In this document: positions 12,130 to 25,051 of the stretch, in pieces
Layout of the letters: every line of letters starts with the position of its first letter
How positions within the stretch are numbered: the first letter of the stretch is position 1
DNA from: Octopus bimaculoides
Lineage: Eukaryota
Assembly (NCBI RefSeq): GCF_001194135.2
Contig: NC_068982.1
Coordinates: 149,932,153 to 149,996,152, forward strand
DNA: 64,000 nt
Direction of reading: 5' to 3'
Translations under genes and position numbers: made by a program
The notes under the pieces: generated by a model
Told to the model about the DNA's origin: nothing
Seen by the model: the letters and a program-made list of their open reading frames with translations, nothing else
Database searches by the model: none

Positions 12130-12632
12130 GATAACTAGAAAGGTAAATAAATAATCACTGTAAAAAAAATTGCTGGTCCGTTTGTTTTATCAGTGATGCA
12201 AATAAACCAATTATATAAAAAGAAATTATATTTTGCTAGAGTCGAAAGCTTTAAAACAATGTCTTTATTAAAAAAAAAAAGAATGACTGAACAAAATTAT
12301 AGTCAGTTTAATCTTGTATATACACACATAAATACATAAATACATACATGCATGCATACATACATACATACATACATACATACATACATACGTACATACA
12401 CACACACACACACACACACACTCACACACACACAAATCTTATAGTAGAGTATGTAGAACATAGTAGAAAGTTGTGCAAGAAAGTTGAGCAAGCAATTATA
12501 CAGGGTCATACATTGGCGAAGTATTTGCTGTTGATCAGAACGAACGGTTCTTATCTGAAATATTCATACACACATACATGCAAGCACATTCACGCATACA
12601 TACATACATACATACATACATANNNNNNNNNN

Positions 12633-12861
12633 GTGACAAGGCTGACCCTTTGAATTACAGGCACAACAGAAACAGGAAGTAAGAGTGAGAGAAAGTTGTG
12701 ATGAAGGAGTACAGCAGGGTTCGCCACCATCCCCTGCCGGAGCCTCGTGGAGCTTTAGGTGTTTTCGCTCAATAAACACTCACAACGCCCGGTCTGGGAA
12801 TCGAAACCGCGATCCTATGAGCGCGAGTCCGCTGCCCTAACCACTGGGCCATTGCGCCTCC
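12633..12861 (-). mobile_element. tRNA-derived SINE, family B (head and half body; the rest is in a gap)
   Basis: Reverse complement reads GGAGGCGCAATGGCCCAGTGGTTAGGGCAGCGGACTCGCG...GTTTCGATTCCCAGACC, with A and B boxes. Confidence 0.9.
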
Positions 12862-14236
12862 ACACATACATACTTACATACATACATACATACATGGACA
12901 CGAGTGTGTATTGAATGCGTGCGCGCGTGTGCGTGTATGGGTATGTCTGTGTGTGTATCTATATATGTATAGTTATCTTCTCAAACTATTGAATACTGGA
13001 GTATTTGGAAAATCTCCAGTGTATCCGTTACGTTAGGTTATGTTATTTAGCACCAGGTCAGTTTTCTGATCTTGCGGACCTTTGATAATGAGCATTGTGT
13101 GAGCGTCAGGCCTTTGATCCCGCGACGTGTGTGTGAGTGTCTGAGTGAATCCTTTTTTAATGCCTGAAGGATCCCATTTAGACTTGTATTAGTCAAGTAA
13201 GTATTGGGGTAGAAGTGAACTAAAAATGTGCTTCCCTGCCCGCATGTGTGAGTCAGTGTGAAAGATTTCGTCGTAAGTTATTTTTTGTGTTTCTCTTTTG
13301 TCTCTCATTTTTCCTCCTGACACACGTACGCACGTACAGGTACGCACACACATACGCACGTGCACACACACATTTATACGTGTGCATGTCTGTATGTATA
13401 TATTGTGAGCATGTGCTTGAATACATGTCGTTTTCGCGTGTGCATATATGTATTTTTGTATAAGATAGTCTTTATATCAATGAGCGTGCTCAATACCAGG
13501 AGCAGAAATCGGGGCTGGAGGGCACAATGCGAAGCAATAGAAATCAAGGTTTTGTGAGGCGTTCGTTCTGCAAAACTCTGACTAGGCTTAGTGCAGGAAT
13601 GAGGAAGGCTCTAAATTCCATCACTAAAACTGGACAAGACTCGATGCTGTCAGCATTTAATGAAATTAAGAATGGTTTTAAATGAAAGTGAAGAGTGTTG
13701 GTAGAGGGATTCTTCTGAGTGTAAGATATCCCTTTTGAAGTAACCAGAACAAATACGGTGATACTAGGATATAATAAAGATTGTCATGGTGGATCTGGTA
13801 CAGCCTCTGACCGTGATTTAGGATTCAGGGCACAAGAACAATATAACTTCTAAAGAGAAGTTCTTGGCAAAAATGAGACCCTTTTCAAAAATCTGCAATA
13901 TAAAAAAATGGTGAAAGACAAAGAAGGAATCTGATACTTTACCATGAACAGAACAGAAATATCATCGAAATCTCACTTACGAAAAAAATTAGAGCGCTAC
14001 AAGTAACTTGCATCTATGTACGAGTATTCGTTGCACTGGATACTCGTGCTGGAAATCTGGGGAATTTTTCTGTCAGGAATTTTCTTCATACCCACCAACA
14101 CTCTTCTGAGGGTGGTCTCAACTGCTGCATTGTGTCATATTTGTTGAAAACTAGTTCAAACAACAATCTGACTGGAGATGAGGAACTAATGATACTAGAT
14201 ACTTATTATTAGTCGTAATTATTGATGGAGGAAAGA

Positions 14237-14425
14237 CAGCGAGCTGGCAGTATCGTGAGCTCGCCAGACAAATTGCTTCACATTTCTTCCGGCTTCCGCC
14301 AAGGTCGAATTTGTCTTTCATCTTTTCTGGGTCGATTAAATAAGTATCAGTTAAGCACCGGGATCGATGTGATCGACTACCCCACCCCTTGCAAATTCTA
14401 GGCCTTGTTCCAATGGGGAAAATGA
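14237..14425 (+). mobile_element. SINE family C (central GTCGACTTTGCCTTTCATCC...GGGGTCGAT domain), diverged
   Basis: Homologous to the copies at 29796 and 36899-37545. Confidence 0.8.
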
Positions 14426-14447
14426 AATCATCAGGATGTTGATACTT

Positions 14448-14998
14448 ATATTTTGGTTCACTTTGTCATACGCTCCAAAATGTTTCTCTTCAGATGATTT
14501 ATCATAAAGACACGGATGTTGTAATAAGATGTTCATATTCCACCAAGTAATCACTGCAAATTCGGAAGTAGAAATCCGGATCTCATTTCCAACTGGAGAA
14601 AAAACTAATACGATCTTCCTCAACAGCATTACTGCAAGTTTAAGAGAATTCACAAATTAAACAGTAACTCTCTTTTATAATTTTTCTGGTTCATTCAACA
14701 CATCAGATTTCAGGTTTAAGAAAAAGTAACACAGTTTTAAAATGAAAACGATGTTCCACAAACTCACGGAAAAATTTCCAGTTGTTACTAGCACTTCATA
14801 CCATTATATACTACCACAACTAAAAGAGGTTGTAATCCATTTTGTCGCCAATGTATCTTGCACTGATAGTGCCAGTGTGGACCACATTTCAATAAAAACT
14901 TTCTGTCATAAGATCAGTAATGTGCAGAGAATACTCTCATAGAGCGATGCCAGAGGCCAACATCTCAAAAGAAGCGTCTCTCAAGTAAGCGATTAGAT
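14448..14998 (+). repeat. Copy 1 of a ~550-bp direct duplication of unidentified sequence
   Basis: Colinear with 16237-16787 from ATATTTTGGTTCACTTTGTCAT to ATTAGAT; roughly 90% identical by eye. Confidence 0.92.
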
Positions 14999-15856
14999 TA
15001 CAGCATGTGAGGGCGAAGATGCATGTGCAAGGTTCCAGTGACTACAGATTATGAGAAAGGCAAAAAACTAGTTCGAATTTGGATTACATTATCCCTTGCG
15101 AAGGATATCTTCAGACTTGATGTAAAATACTTTTGAAAAAGAAAAGTTCACTGTAGAAGAGTAAGAAGGTAAAATTTAGATGTACTCATTTTTGCAACTG
15201 CTAGCGTGTTACTTTCAAATGTTTACGACATTAATATTTGGTTATTCATCACAAATTTTCAAAGCACTTTCCACAATTTTTAAAACTCTTTAATCTAAGT
15301 CTTCTTTAAATTTTTGCAGTTCAGAATATTTGATCACTTGAGGTTGTAGCTTTTATAATTCATGTTAACAATATATAAAAATATTTGCTATTACATTTAA
15401 AGGTTTTATGCTCCAAAGCAATTCTGCATCATCTTCAAAATATTTTGATATCAAAAGAGACCGATATTATAAGTACAGTACAGAGGTAAAATAATAGTAA
15501 ATCCGGCTGAAAATCGGATAGGACACCAAACATATTGCTCACTTTACTCAAGAATACAGACTTATGTACCCGCTTAGCACTGCAGGTCTCCTATTGAACT
15601 GATCATTGTCCAAACGAGCTGACGTTGTTATTTAGATCCTCACTTTTGATGTGGTGCCGAAAAAATAAAGGTTTGTATCAATTTCAAATGACTAGCTACT
15701 GAATTATCCATCCTCGTTATTTATTGCATGTCTAGCTATGGTCATCTAAATAACATAATATGATGAGAAATGAAACTATGCGTATGTAACTTACAGTATG
15801 TGTGTATGCAAATATAGATAGATACATACATACATACATACATACATACATACATA

Positions 15857-15937
<81 letters not shown>

Positions 15938-16236
15938 GTTTATATGCCAACAGAATGTTGGCATATAGATGTTACTGTAGTTTTAGCCCAGAAAAACATC
16001 TTTTCCAGCTGGCTATCAACACACACTTTGGGTCCGTAGAGCATTTGCAAGGGAGGTCATCGCTCTAGCTTTACTTGATACTCTTAGACCTAGGTTTCTG
16101 GATGTTATCCGTCTTCAGTGTGATACAACTACAAGCTAGTGACGAAAGCTCTCTCCACTTGCAAATACTATGTATTCTTTAAGCGACACACAGCCGCTGA
16201 TCTCGTATAGAGAAAAACACATACATACATATATAC

Positions 16237-16787
16237 ATATTTTGGTTCACTTTGTCATGCGCTCCAAAATGTTTCTCTTCAGATGATTTATAAAAGAGAC
16301 ATGGATGTTGTAATAAGATTTTCATATTCCACCAAGTAGACACTGCAAATTCGGAAGTAGAAATCCGGATCTCATTTCCAACTGGAGAAGAAACTAATAC
16401 GACCATCTTCAACAGCATTGCTTCAAGTTTAAGATAATTAACAAATTAAACTGTAACTCTCTTTTATGATTTTTCAGGTTTATTCAACACATCAGATTTC
16501 AGGTTTAAGAAAAAGTGACACAGTTTTAAAACGAAAAACGATGTTCCGCATCTCACGGAAAAATTTCCAGTTGTTACTAGCACTTCATATCATATTATAT
16601 GCTACCACGACTGAAAGAGGTTGTAATCCATTTTGTCTCCAATGGATTTTTCACTGACAGTGCCAGTGTGGACAACATTTTAATAAAAACTTTCTGTCAT
16701 AAGGCCAGTGATGTGCAGAGATACTCTCATAGAGCGATGCCGGAGGCTAACATCTCAAAACAAGCGTATTCAAGCAGGCAATTAGAT
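16237..16787 (+). repeat. Copy 2 of the ~550-bp duplication, ending at the Penelope-like element
   Basis: Homology to copy 1 stops where the Penelope RT-coding sequence begins. Confidence 0.92.
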
Positions 16788-18735
16788 AATGATATCCAAA
16801 TACCTCGACTGTGTCTCTGACCCACTAGTGGCTTCCCTCCTTTCAAACATCTACGACACCAATCATGCTCTCCGTCTGTTTAACTCTTTCTCCTTCCCTT
16901 CTGGGCCCCTCTCAGCTTCTGTTTACTCTTGACATTAAAAGTTTGTATATGGTGATGCCACGCAACGAAGGACTTCTTGTGCTTAAACATTTCCTTAAAC
17001 CTTCGGTCTGACCCTCAATCTGACACCGCCAAATTTCTTTGTCTGGCGAAATTTATCCCCTCCCTCAACCACTCCTCTCTCACTACCTCCATCCACTACA
17101 AACACACTGACTCATACTCCTACCTAACTTCTCCTCCTCCCACTCTACCCACACCAAGCTCTCCATCTCTTACTCCCAATTCTTCCGTCTGCGCAGGCTC
17201 TGCAGTGACGACCATGACTTTGAGATTCAGTCTCAAATCATGGCTCACCACTTCATCCTACATGGATATCCCCTCACCATTATCCACACTGCCCTTTCCC
17301 GGGCATGATCTGTGGACCAATCTTTGCTCTTACTCCTCGCACCCGCCCCTCTCTTACTCGTCTCCTGTTTCCTCTCACCTACCACCCATCCAACACACCA
17401 TTCTGCGAGCCTTCCAGCGACTCCAGTCCGACCCCTCTACCTCGCACATCTTCCCTAACCTACCTCTTCCCTCCAAACGATCCCATAACCTGCGTGACCT
17501 CCTCGTCCACAGTTTCTTCCGTACCCCCGCCTCCCAGCCTGGCTCCTTTCCCCTGCTCGAGCCCACGCTGTTGCACCTTCCCCTACCTCCAGTAGCACCA
17601 TTCTCACGGGTACCCATCACCATCCCTATTACGTCACCGACTTCTTTACCTGCATTTTTAGTAAAGTTATTTACTACCTCTCCTGCTCTCTCTGTCATTC
17701 TTTGTGCATTGGTCAAACGGGACGCCGCTTGGCTGACCGGTTCGCAGAGCACCCTCGAGACGTCAGACTCGACAATGACATCCCACCTTCGCGCCACTTC
17801 CGCTCTACCAGTCATTCGCAACAGCATCTGCCTGTGTTCGGACTCTTTCTGCACATGAGTCACTCGGACACTCGCCTTCACCGTGAACAGAAATTAATCT
17901 TCTCTCTTCGTTCCTTTGCGCTATATGGACTCAACTTACCTCCTCTCTTCACCACACACGCACCACTATACACACACCCATACACACTGTTCAACTAATC
18001 ACTCACTTCACACACTATTACACACACTCACAACACCTTCCCACTCCACACACACTATCACTGACCGCTTCTTAACACCCACACACCCACACATCCACAT
18101 AATTCCAGAGCACAGACAATATATATTCACATACCCACAGAAGCACATAATACCTGAACACAGACATTATATACACACACGCGCGCAACACGCATAAACA
18201 CACGCAATACGCACAGGCAGAGATAACTTTCACCCACATATATACACCATACACATGCACACAGACACACACACACATATACACATGCACACACCACTTG
18301 AAAAAGCACACATCAACTGTTACACATAAAACACACACACACACGTTACACACGCGCACACACACGTCAGACTCACTCGCCACCATTCACACATACACAT
18401 TCACACATGCCACTCTCACATACGCACACACACGCTCGCGCACCTTAGTTCGTTAGGACCACCATTATTATCTCCCTTTCATTCAACCTCTGTTTTTCAG
18501 TCATACACCATGTTGGACCGCTGAACTCTACACTGTTTTTTTTTTCTCTCTCTGTTTTTGTTTCTTTTTCATTCTCTCTCCATTTTCTTCTTCTTATTCT
18601 TTTCTGTTGAAGAGCGTAGGATCGAAGCGTAAAAGACTTTTCCATTTTTTCCGCACGTCAAACTAATACACCTGCTGGTTGTTCCTACACCTGTCTTTGT
18701 CTTTTGTTTTTCTGTAAATTTTAACTATATATATA
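16788..18735 (+). mobile_element. Penelope-like retroelement (RT plus GIY-YIG endonuclease), 5'-truncated and internally deleted, with a CA-rich spacer and terminal segment
   Basis: RT pieces FTLDIKSLYMVMP, TTSIHYKHTDSYSYL and SQFFRLRRLCSDDHDF..GYP. GIY-YIG pieces KVIYYLSCSLCHSLCIGQTGRRLADRFAEH and REQKLIFSLRSFALYGLN. Terminal segment at about 18445-18735. Confidence 0.92.
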
Positions 18736-18783
18736 TAATACATTTCTAAATCTCTCAGAGAAATTTATACAATAGCAGCACGA

Positions 18784-19055
18784 TAAAGTGATGGTATGTT
18801 GTCAACTTAATGTGACAGTCCCATGAAAGGGAAGAATGCAACTGGTATTTAACCATTGGAAACATCATTTCCTGTTGGCCTTGACACATATCCTGTGTCC
18901 TTTGGGTGGAGGTGCTTATCTTCGCTTTGAAAACATAAGGACACAGGAAATGTGTCAAGGTCAACAGGAAACGGTGTTTCCTAGGGCTAAATAGCAGTAG
19001 CATTCTTCTCTTTCATGGGACTATCACATTAAGTTGACAACATACTATCACTTTA
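18784..19055. mobile_element. Foldback/MITE-like hairpin with 119-bp arms and a 34-bp loop
   Basis: 18784-18902 matches the reverse complement of 18937-19055 with 12 mismatches by manual alignment; both ends are TA. Confidence 0.88.
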
Positions 19056-19062
19056 TATATAT

Positions 19063-20467
19063 ATTATTTTGTTAAGGTTATTTCTACTGAAATTACAGTC
19101 AGCACTGATTTTTGCTACAGCGTTTCATATCGAGACGTTAGATGCAAACAAACAATGAGATCGAAGACAAAAATGGGTAATGAGTGTATATGCCATACTT
19201 CGGGGTGTTTTTCCTCTTCATCAAGCACTCATCTAACCCACTCTCGCCTCCGAACAGATTGTTTACAAAGCCACCGCATACAGTGATGTTAAGTTATTGG
19301 ATATACCAATTTACATATTAAACGCTTTCCTTACATATTAAATGCAGTAGAACATGGTGTTGACTTACAAAATCATTTAATATACTTTATAGTATATGAT
19401 GATTGCATGACGAAATATCAGGATCTATTTTAAAACGGGGGCGCCAGTATTTTCTTAACGAAACACTAACGAAACACTAACGAAACACTTTGAAACTTGG
19501 GACACTGGTAGAATGTCATATAAAACATCTTTTACTCTTAGTCTTCTTAACAAAAAAAAGGAATTCGTAAGTTATTCCATGTTAAAGTTGTCGTATTTCT
19601 GTAATTTCAACCAATCACTGACGTCCATTCAGCCGAATATATTAAGTGCTGGGCGGTCATAAAAATGTTATTCCCTGTGACATATTTCCTCCGGTTTAAT
19701 CGTAATTTATACGCATATATTGTTTATATAATAAATTACGCTGTGCGTATCTACGTGTGTAACAATTTTAGAGTTCGGATTCTCGAGTTAGGGTTAGTTT
19801 TAGGGTTAGGGTTACGGTTACGGTTACGGTTAACAGTCTAGTTAGGGTTAGTGTTAGGGTTAGGGGATTAATACGATATACACCGTTACAGCGCTAACTG
19901 TTTTCAACTGAATAGACGTCAGTGATTAGTAGAAATTATCGAAATAAGACAATTTTTTACATGAAATAAATTTGAATACAAAAATATTTTTCTATTCTAT
20001 AACACAAAATAGATAAGTATACGAAGTTTGAAAGTCTTTCCGTACCAAAAACACTACATAAAACATAAATGAAAACTGGCGCCCCCGTTTTAAAATAGAT
20101 CCAAATATCACGTGCCTAAAAGTCATTAATGTTTACATACCAGCTCCAGTAATGCATTTAATAAGTAAATTGGTATATCAAATAATTTAACACCGCTGTA
20201 TGCAGTGGTTATATAATCAAAGTCTTCGGTGCAAGAGTGGGTTAGATGGATGTTAATGAAGGGGATAAACCCCACGAAATATGGTGTATACACTCATTAC
20301 CCATACCTCCACTATATTCACGACTCATTTAAAATCTGACCAGCTTTAACTTTGAATTACCCATTTTTGTCTTCGACCTCATTGTTTGTCTATACCTGAT
20401 GTCTCGATACGTAGCAAAAAATGAGTGCTGGCTGTAATTTCTGTGGAAATAACCTTAACAAAATAAT
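19063..20467. mobile_element. Outer foldback non-autonomous DNA element with ~280-bp inverted arms, possibly Kolobok-type
   Basis: ATTATTTTGTTAAGGTTATTTC pairs with GAAATAACCTTAACAAAATAAT, and the arms stay homologous inward. The TTAA|GG...CC|TTAA geometry fits Kolobok, but the symmetry extends 9 bp beyond TTAA. Confidence 0.8.
19421..20102. mobile_element. Merlin-like MITE (682 bp) nested in the foldback; contains degenerate TTAGGG repeats
   Basis: Perfect 28-bp TIR GGATCTATTTTAAAACGGGGGCGCCAGT; 8-bp TSD AAATATCA at 19413-19420 and 20103-20110. Confidence 0.85.
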
Positions 20468-20483
20468 GCGAAGAGCACTGCTA

Positions 20484-20576
20484 ACGCAATAGAACGTAGT
20501 GTTGACGTATAAAAACATTTAATATTCTTTATAGTATATATGGTTGCATAACGAAATACCACGTGTCTACAAGTCA

Positions 20577-20582
<6 letters not shown>
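20484..20582 (+). repeat. Relic of the foldback's central region lacking the Merlin-like insert (empty site)
   Basis: TTTATAGTATATATGGTTGCATAACGAAATACCACGTGTCTACAAGTCATTAAT matches the joined flanks at 19385-19420 and 20111-20130. Confidence 0.75.
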
Positions 20583-20612
<30 letters not shown>

Positions 20613-21777
20613 TCGAGTCAGTCTCTTGTTGCTCTGAGTTTCGCGTGTGGGTATCTTCATGCAAATTATAACCGAAAAATGATGGGATTTGCACATCTAA
20701 ATTTATAATTTTCCTGACATTGGGTATGATTATAGAGAGAAAATATGATAAAGGATGAAAAAGAAGAAAAAAGAAAAAAAAGGTAAGTAAAAAAAGAAAG
20801 ACAACAAAAAAAAGGAAACAAGAAAAGAAAAAGAAAAAGGGAGTAAGAAGAGAGTCTGTATAAACTATGTGTGAACACGACTGTCTTTGCGTGTGTGTAA
20901 TATTGTATTGTATTTGTACATTTGTTAGAGTGCATCCTTGTGTGTGTGCATATATATCTTAATGTATGTGTGTAACTATATGTTGCAGATATTTGTGTTT
21001 AAAAAGTAAAACATTATGATTTCTGTGCAATGTAATGTTGATGAAGACAAGCTGATTGAAACGGTTTAAATTAAGTAAACGAAGAGGATGAAACAATAGT
21101 TAATAATTAACGGAAATGTTTATTTCACACACCATTTCATGTAAATTGCATTCAATTATCTCAAGTGCTTAAGATAACTTTTTAATGGACACAAACTGAC
21201 AGGTAGAGCTGATTTGAAGGATAGACATTAAAATTAGGAGAGCCTTGGCAACATTACAATATGAAATAGTGTGTGTAGTAGAACACAAAGAAATTAATAT
21301 TTATTTACTTAGTGCAAACGTCATAGAAAAATATGTTTGTCTTTTCTTTAGCACAAGCATTCAATAATTGGTGATAAGTTATATCAACTTCAGAAAAAGT
21401 CCTCTTACACACTTTTCATAATAGAATTTGACTAAGCACTGTAAATCGAAGAAACACATCAATGATTCTACTGTATATAGCATTAAATTACGGCACTTGA
21501 TAACTATTTAAGAGTAGAATAGCGATTTTCGAACCAAGGATCGCTACTTGAATTGGGTTTAGGTATAATTTTAAGATACGATAAAACGTGAAGTTAATAG
21601 TCACAAAAGGCTTACAGCACAATATTTACTGTAAACAATATTGAAGACTACTTTCCCTAAAGAAATAATAAATGTTAATGCATCCCTTTGGAATATATTT
21701 GAAATGAAAGGGTTACTGAAAATTATTGATTTGCCAAAGATGGGTTGTAATTGCAAAAGTTTATTGATCACTTCTAG

Positions 21778-21963
21778 TGGATTATCCCAGAGAACATTGA
21801 GAGATTTGGTCACAGACACATACGACGTAAGACGAACCAGAGATCCTTGTCAGAAAGACTAATGTGTTATCGATTTGGGCCAACAGCAACTTTATGCCGT
21901 CATGTTTCCCAAAATGGGTTCTGTGAACCCTCACAATACCGTGAAAAACTACTGCGAGATAAG
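21778..21963 (+). CDS. Candidate isolated 186-nt exon (WIIPENIERFGHRHIRRK...SQYREKLLRDK), protein unknown
   Basis: CACTTCTAG| acceptor, 62 open codons, AAG|GTATCT donor, and higher GC than the flanks. No family was recognised. Confidence 0.3.
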
Positions 21964-22013
21964 GTATCTTGTAATAAAACTTAATGAGAGTATTCTCCAT
22001 TTTGGAAATACTA

Positions 22014-22290
22014 AACTTGTGTCAGCCATTGGACTGCAGCTATTCTAGAGCTCCGACTTGAAGGATTTAAGTCGAAAAATTGATCCCAGTAATTATTTTT
22101 GAAGTCTGGTACATATTTTGTCGGTTTCTTTTGGTGAACCGTTATGTTAAATAAACCATCACAAGTTATCAAGCGAGGTGGTGGGACAAAGAAAGACACA
22201 AAGACACACATATGCCGCGCAGTGGGACTGAACGTGAAACCATGTGGTTGCAAAGCTAGCTTCTTGGCCACAAAGCTATGCCTGTGCCTA
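22014..22290 (-). mobile_element. SINE family A, internally deleted and diverged
   Basis: Head at about 22215-22290 and tail at about 22014-22110 match the full copy at 59140-59550. Confidence 0.7.
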
Positions 22291-22597
22291 TGAATACATT
22301 CTCTCTTTAAAACAATTTTTATTTTATTTATGGCGATTTAGCATTAAACGAGAGAGGATCTTTTTAGATTAGGCTAAGTTAAGTTGAGGAGCATGCATAT
22401 TTAATTTTTGATTTTTAACTTTTCTCTCATGAAATAAAGTTCCTAAAGCTTTTAGTCGTTCGTAGCCGTGACTTTCGAATCGTCAGCACGGTTTAAATCG
22501 AGACATAAATTAAGCTAAATTCGGCATTCTGCAAAGTTTCTTAAAAAGGAGGAAATATATTTTATTTTTTATTTTCATCCTAAATCATTAACTGTAG

Positions 22598-22838
22598 TGA
22601 AGGCACAATGGCCCAGTCGTTAGGGCAGCGGACTCGCGGTCATAGGATCGCGGTTTCGATTCCCAGACCGGGCGTTGTGAGTGATTATTGAGCAAAAACA
22701 CCTAAAGCTCCACGTTAAGGGTACACGTGTCTGTGGAGTGCTCAGCCACTTGCACGTTACTTTCACGAGCAGGCTGTTCCGTTGATCGGATCAACTGGAA
22801 CTCTCGACCTCGTAAGCGACGGAGTGCCAACAACAACA
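22598..22838 (+). mobile_element. SINE family B with an internal deletion; (AAC)n tail
   Basis: Head joins directly from AAAGCTCCACG to TTAAGGGTACACG; ends GGAGTGCCAACAACAAC. Confidence 0.88.
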
Positions 22839-23312
22839 TTAACTGTCTAGCTGTAGAGAAAAGAGAAAAGATAGGAATTTCTTACATTCAGGTAAAATAC
22901 TTCCAGGACAAATCTGCTTTATAAAAAAGTCTTTTGTGCTGTCACTGTTAATGTTTTTATTACGAACAAGTTTCGCAAGCCCGTTTTAGTATATTCATCT
23001 CGGGTGCTAATAAGGTTTTATGGCTGCTATTTCATACTGACCTATTAGTCTGGATGAATTATAATATACATTCTTTATGTTCATCTCGCCGCGGCCCTTG
23101 CGTGTTTGTCCGTAAAATATACGTGTGGGTTTTACGATTTTTTGGAAAATCGATAAAAGTTCCATGACAATAAGTTTGGAAGCCAGTGCTATAGAGTTAC
23201 ATGGCATCGTGTACGATAAAGTATTGCAAATATAATTTATGGCAAATGCAACACATCTCAAGTTTTTTTTTCTTTTTTGGCCATATTGCATCCTTGTAGT
23301 ATACATCGACAG

Positions 23313-23351
<39 letters not shown>

Positions 23352-23941
23352 TCTCTCTCACTCTCTCTCTCTCTCTCTCACTCTTTCTTTCTCTCTCTCT
23401 CTCTCACGCACACACACACACCCACGCACACACATTATTAATTCTATGTGCTACAAAAGCTCTGATATGATTCTACTACTCCTCATTCTGAACATACTAA
23501 TGATCTGTCACTTCCAATAACACAAATTCTTTAGTATCCTTTACTTCTCCTTAACTTCCCCACATATCTGTCGTCTACACTTCACTATATTTCACACCAG
23601 ATCTGTGCTGTTTCTATGAAACGAAGACTTGAAAACACGGGATCATGACATCCTAGTCGCCTCCAGTAGCGTTCTTCCATCTGCCCTTAAATTACACCAA
23701 TAATTTACCCTTCTTTTTCATTTCTTTTCGCGCCTCTTTTAACTCTATTAAATTGATATTCCGTCATCATCTACAGCATTGTCGTATCGCTATATAGCAT
23801 TTCCTTTGTCATAATTCAAAAGCATTTTGTAATACCAGGGGAGATAAACCTTCCTCATTACTTGACTGCTCATGAACTTATATCGAACATTTACAATTTT
23901 GTTGCACTATAGCTCGTTATACTAGCCTCTTATCATTCCTG

Positions 23942-24314
23942 CGAGGCGCAATGGCCCAGTGGTTAGGGCAGCGGACTCGCGGTCATAGGATCGCAGTTTC
24001 GATTCCCAGACCGGGTGTTATGAGTGTTTTTTGACCGAAAACACTTAAAGCTCCACGAGGCTCCGGCAGGGGATGGTGGCGAACCCTGCTGTACTCTTTC
24101 ACCACAACTTTCTCTCACTCTTTCTTCCTGTTTCTGTTGTACCTGTATTTCAAAGGACCAGCCGTGTCACGCTGAATATCCCCGAGAACTACGTTAAGGG
24201 TACACGTGTCTGTGGAGTGCTCAGCCACTTGCACGTTAATTTCATGAGCAGGCTGTTCCGTTGATTGGATCAACTGGAACCCTCGACGTCGTAAGCGACG
24301 GAGTGCCAACAACA
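23942..24314 (+). mobile_element. Near full-length SINE family B with a 12-bp TSD
   Basis: A and B boxes present; TSD TTATCATTCCTG at 23930-23941 and 24315-24326. Confidence 0.93.
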
Positions 24315-24793
24315 TTATCATTCCTGTATTTTCTTCCTTTCTGCCAGTCAAGTAGTCACATTATTAACTCTCCACCTTTTGATACTAACTTACTGATTAG
24401 CAAACAAACGAGCTGCTTGTTTACTTAAACATAGTAAGATTTTATTTTATTTTATTATTTTACTCCTTCCAACTGAGCTGGCTATTGTTTTCCCTTTTTC
24501 ATTTCATTTTTCTTTTACGTATTACCTTCTTGGTTTTTCATTTATTCTCCTCTACCCTCTGCTCGACATGGGATGGTAGGTTACATCTCTTTACTACTTA
24601 CCTTGGAATTTTATTGGCAGATTTCATTGGCAGTAAGTTCTCCTTTTACTTCTCCGCAAATTAACGTTTTCACCTCAGGAATACATATATAATCCTCTTT
24701 CTACTCCATTATTGCAGTGGTTATCATCATCATCGTTGTTGTTATTATTACCCCTCCCCCAAAATTTCAGGCCTTGGGCCTAGAGCAGAAAGG

Positions 24794-24865
<72 letters not shown>

Positions 24866-24868
<3 letters not shown>

Positions 24869-25004
24869 TAGTTTTATTTTTATAACGTGCTTTCACTTCA
24901 CTACCGAGCGCAGCTCTGTGCACCTTGGGTATGTGCTGTGGTTTGCTGTGGTGCTCTTATGTTTACTGTATTGAAAGTGTTTTGCGTAGGATGTGTGCAG
25001 TACA

Positions 25005-25006
<2 letters not shown>
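24866..25006 (-). mobile_element. Short 3' end of an R4/Dong-like RLE LINE within (AAT)n
   Basis: Minus strand encodes TAHILRKTLSIQ*, like the C-terminus of the 25908-26625 element, then a 3' UTR and (AAT)n. Both flanks are (ATT)n. Confidence 0.6.

Positions 25007-25051
<45 letters not shown>

Noticed and set aside
23942-24020. tRNA-like cloverleaf heads in SINE families
   Set aside because: They continue into SINE bodies with tails and TSDs, so they are not tRNA genes.
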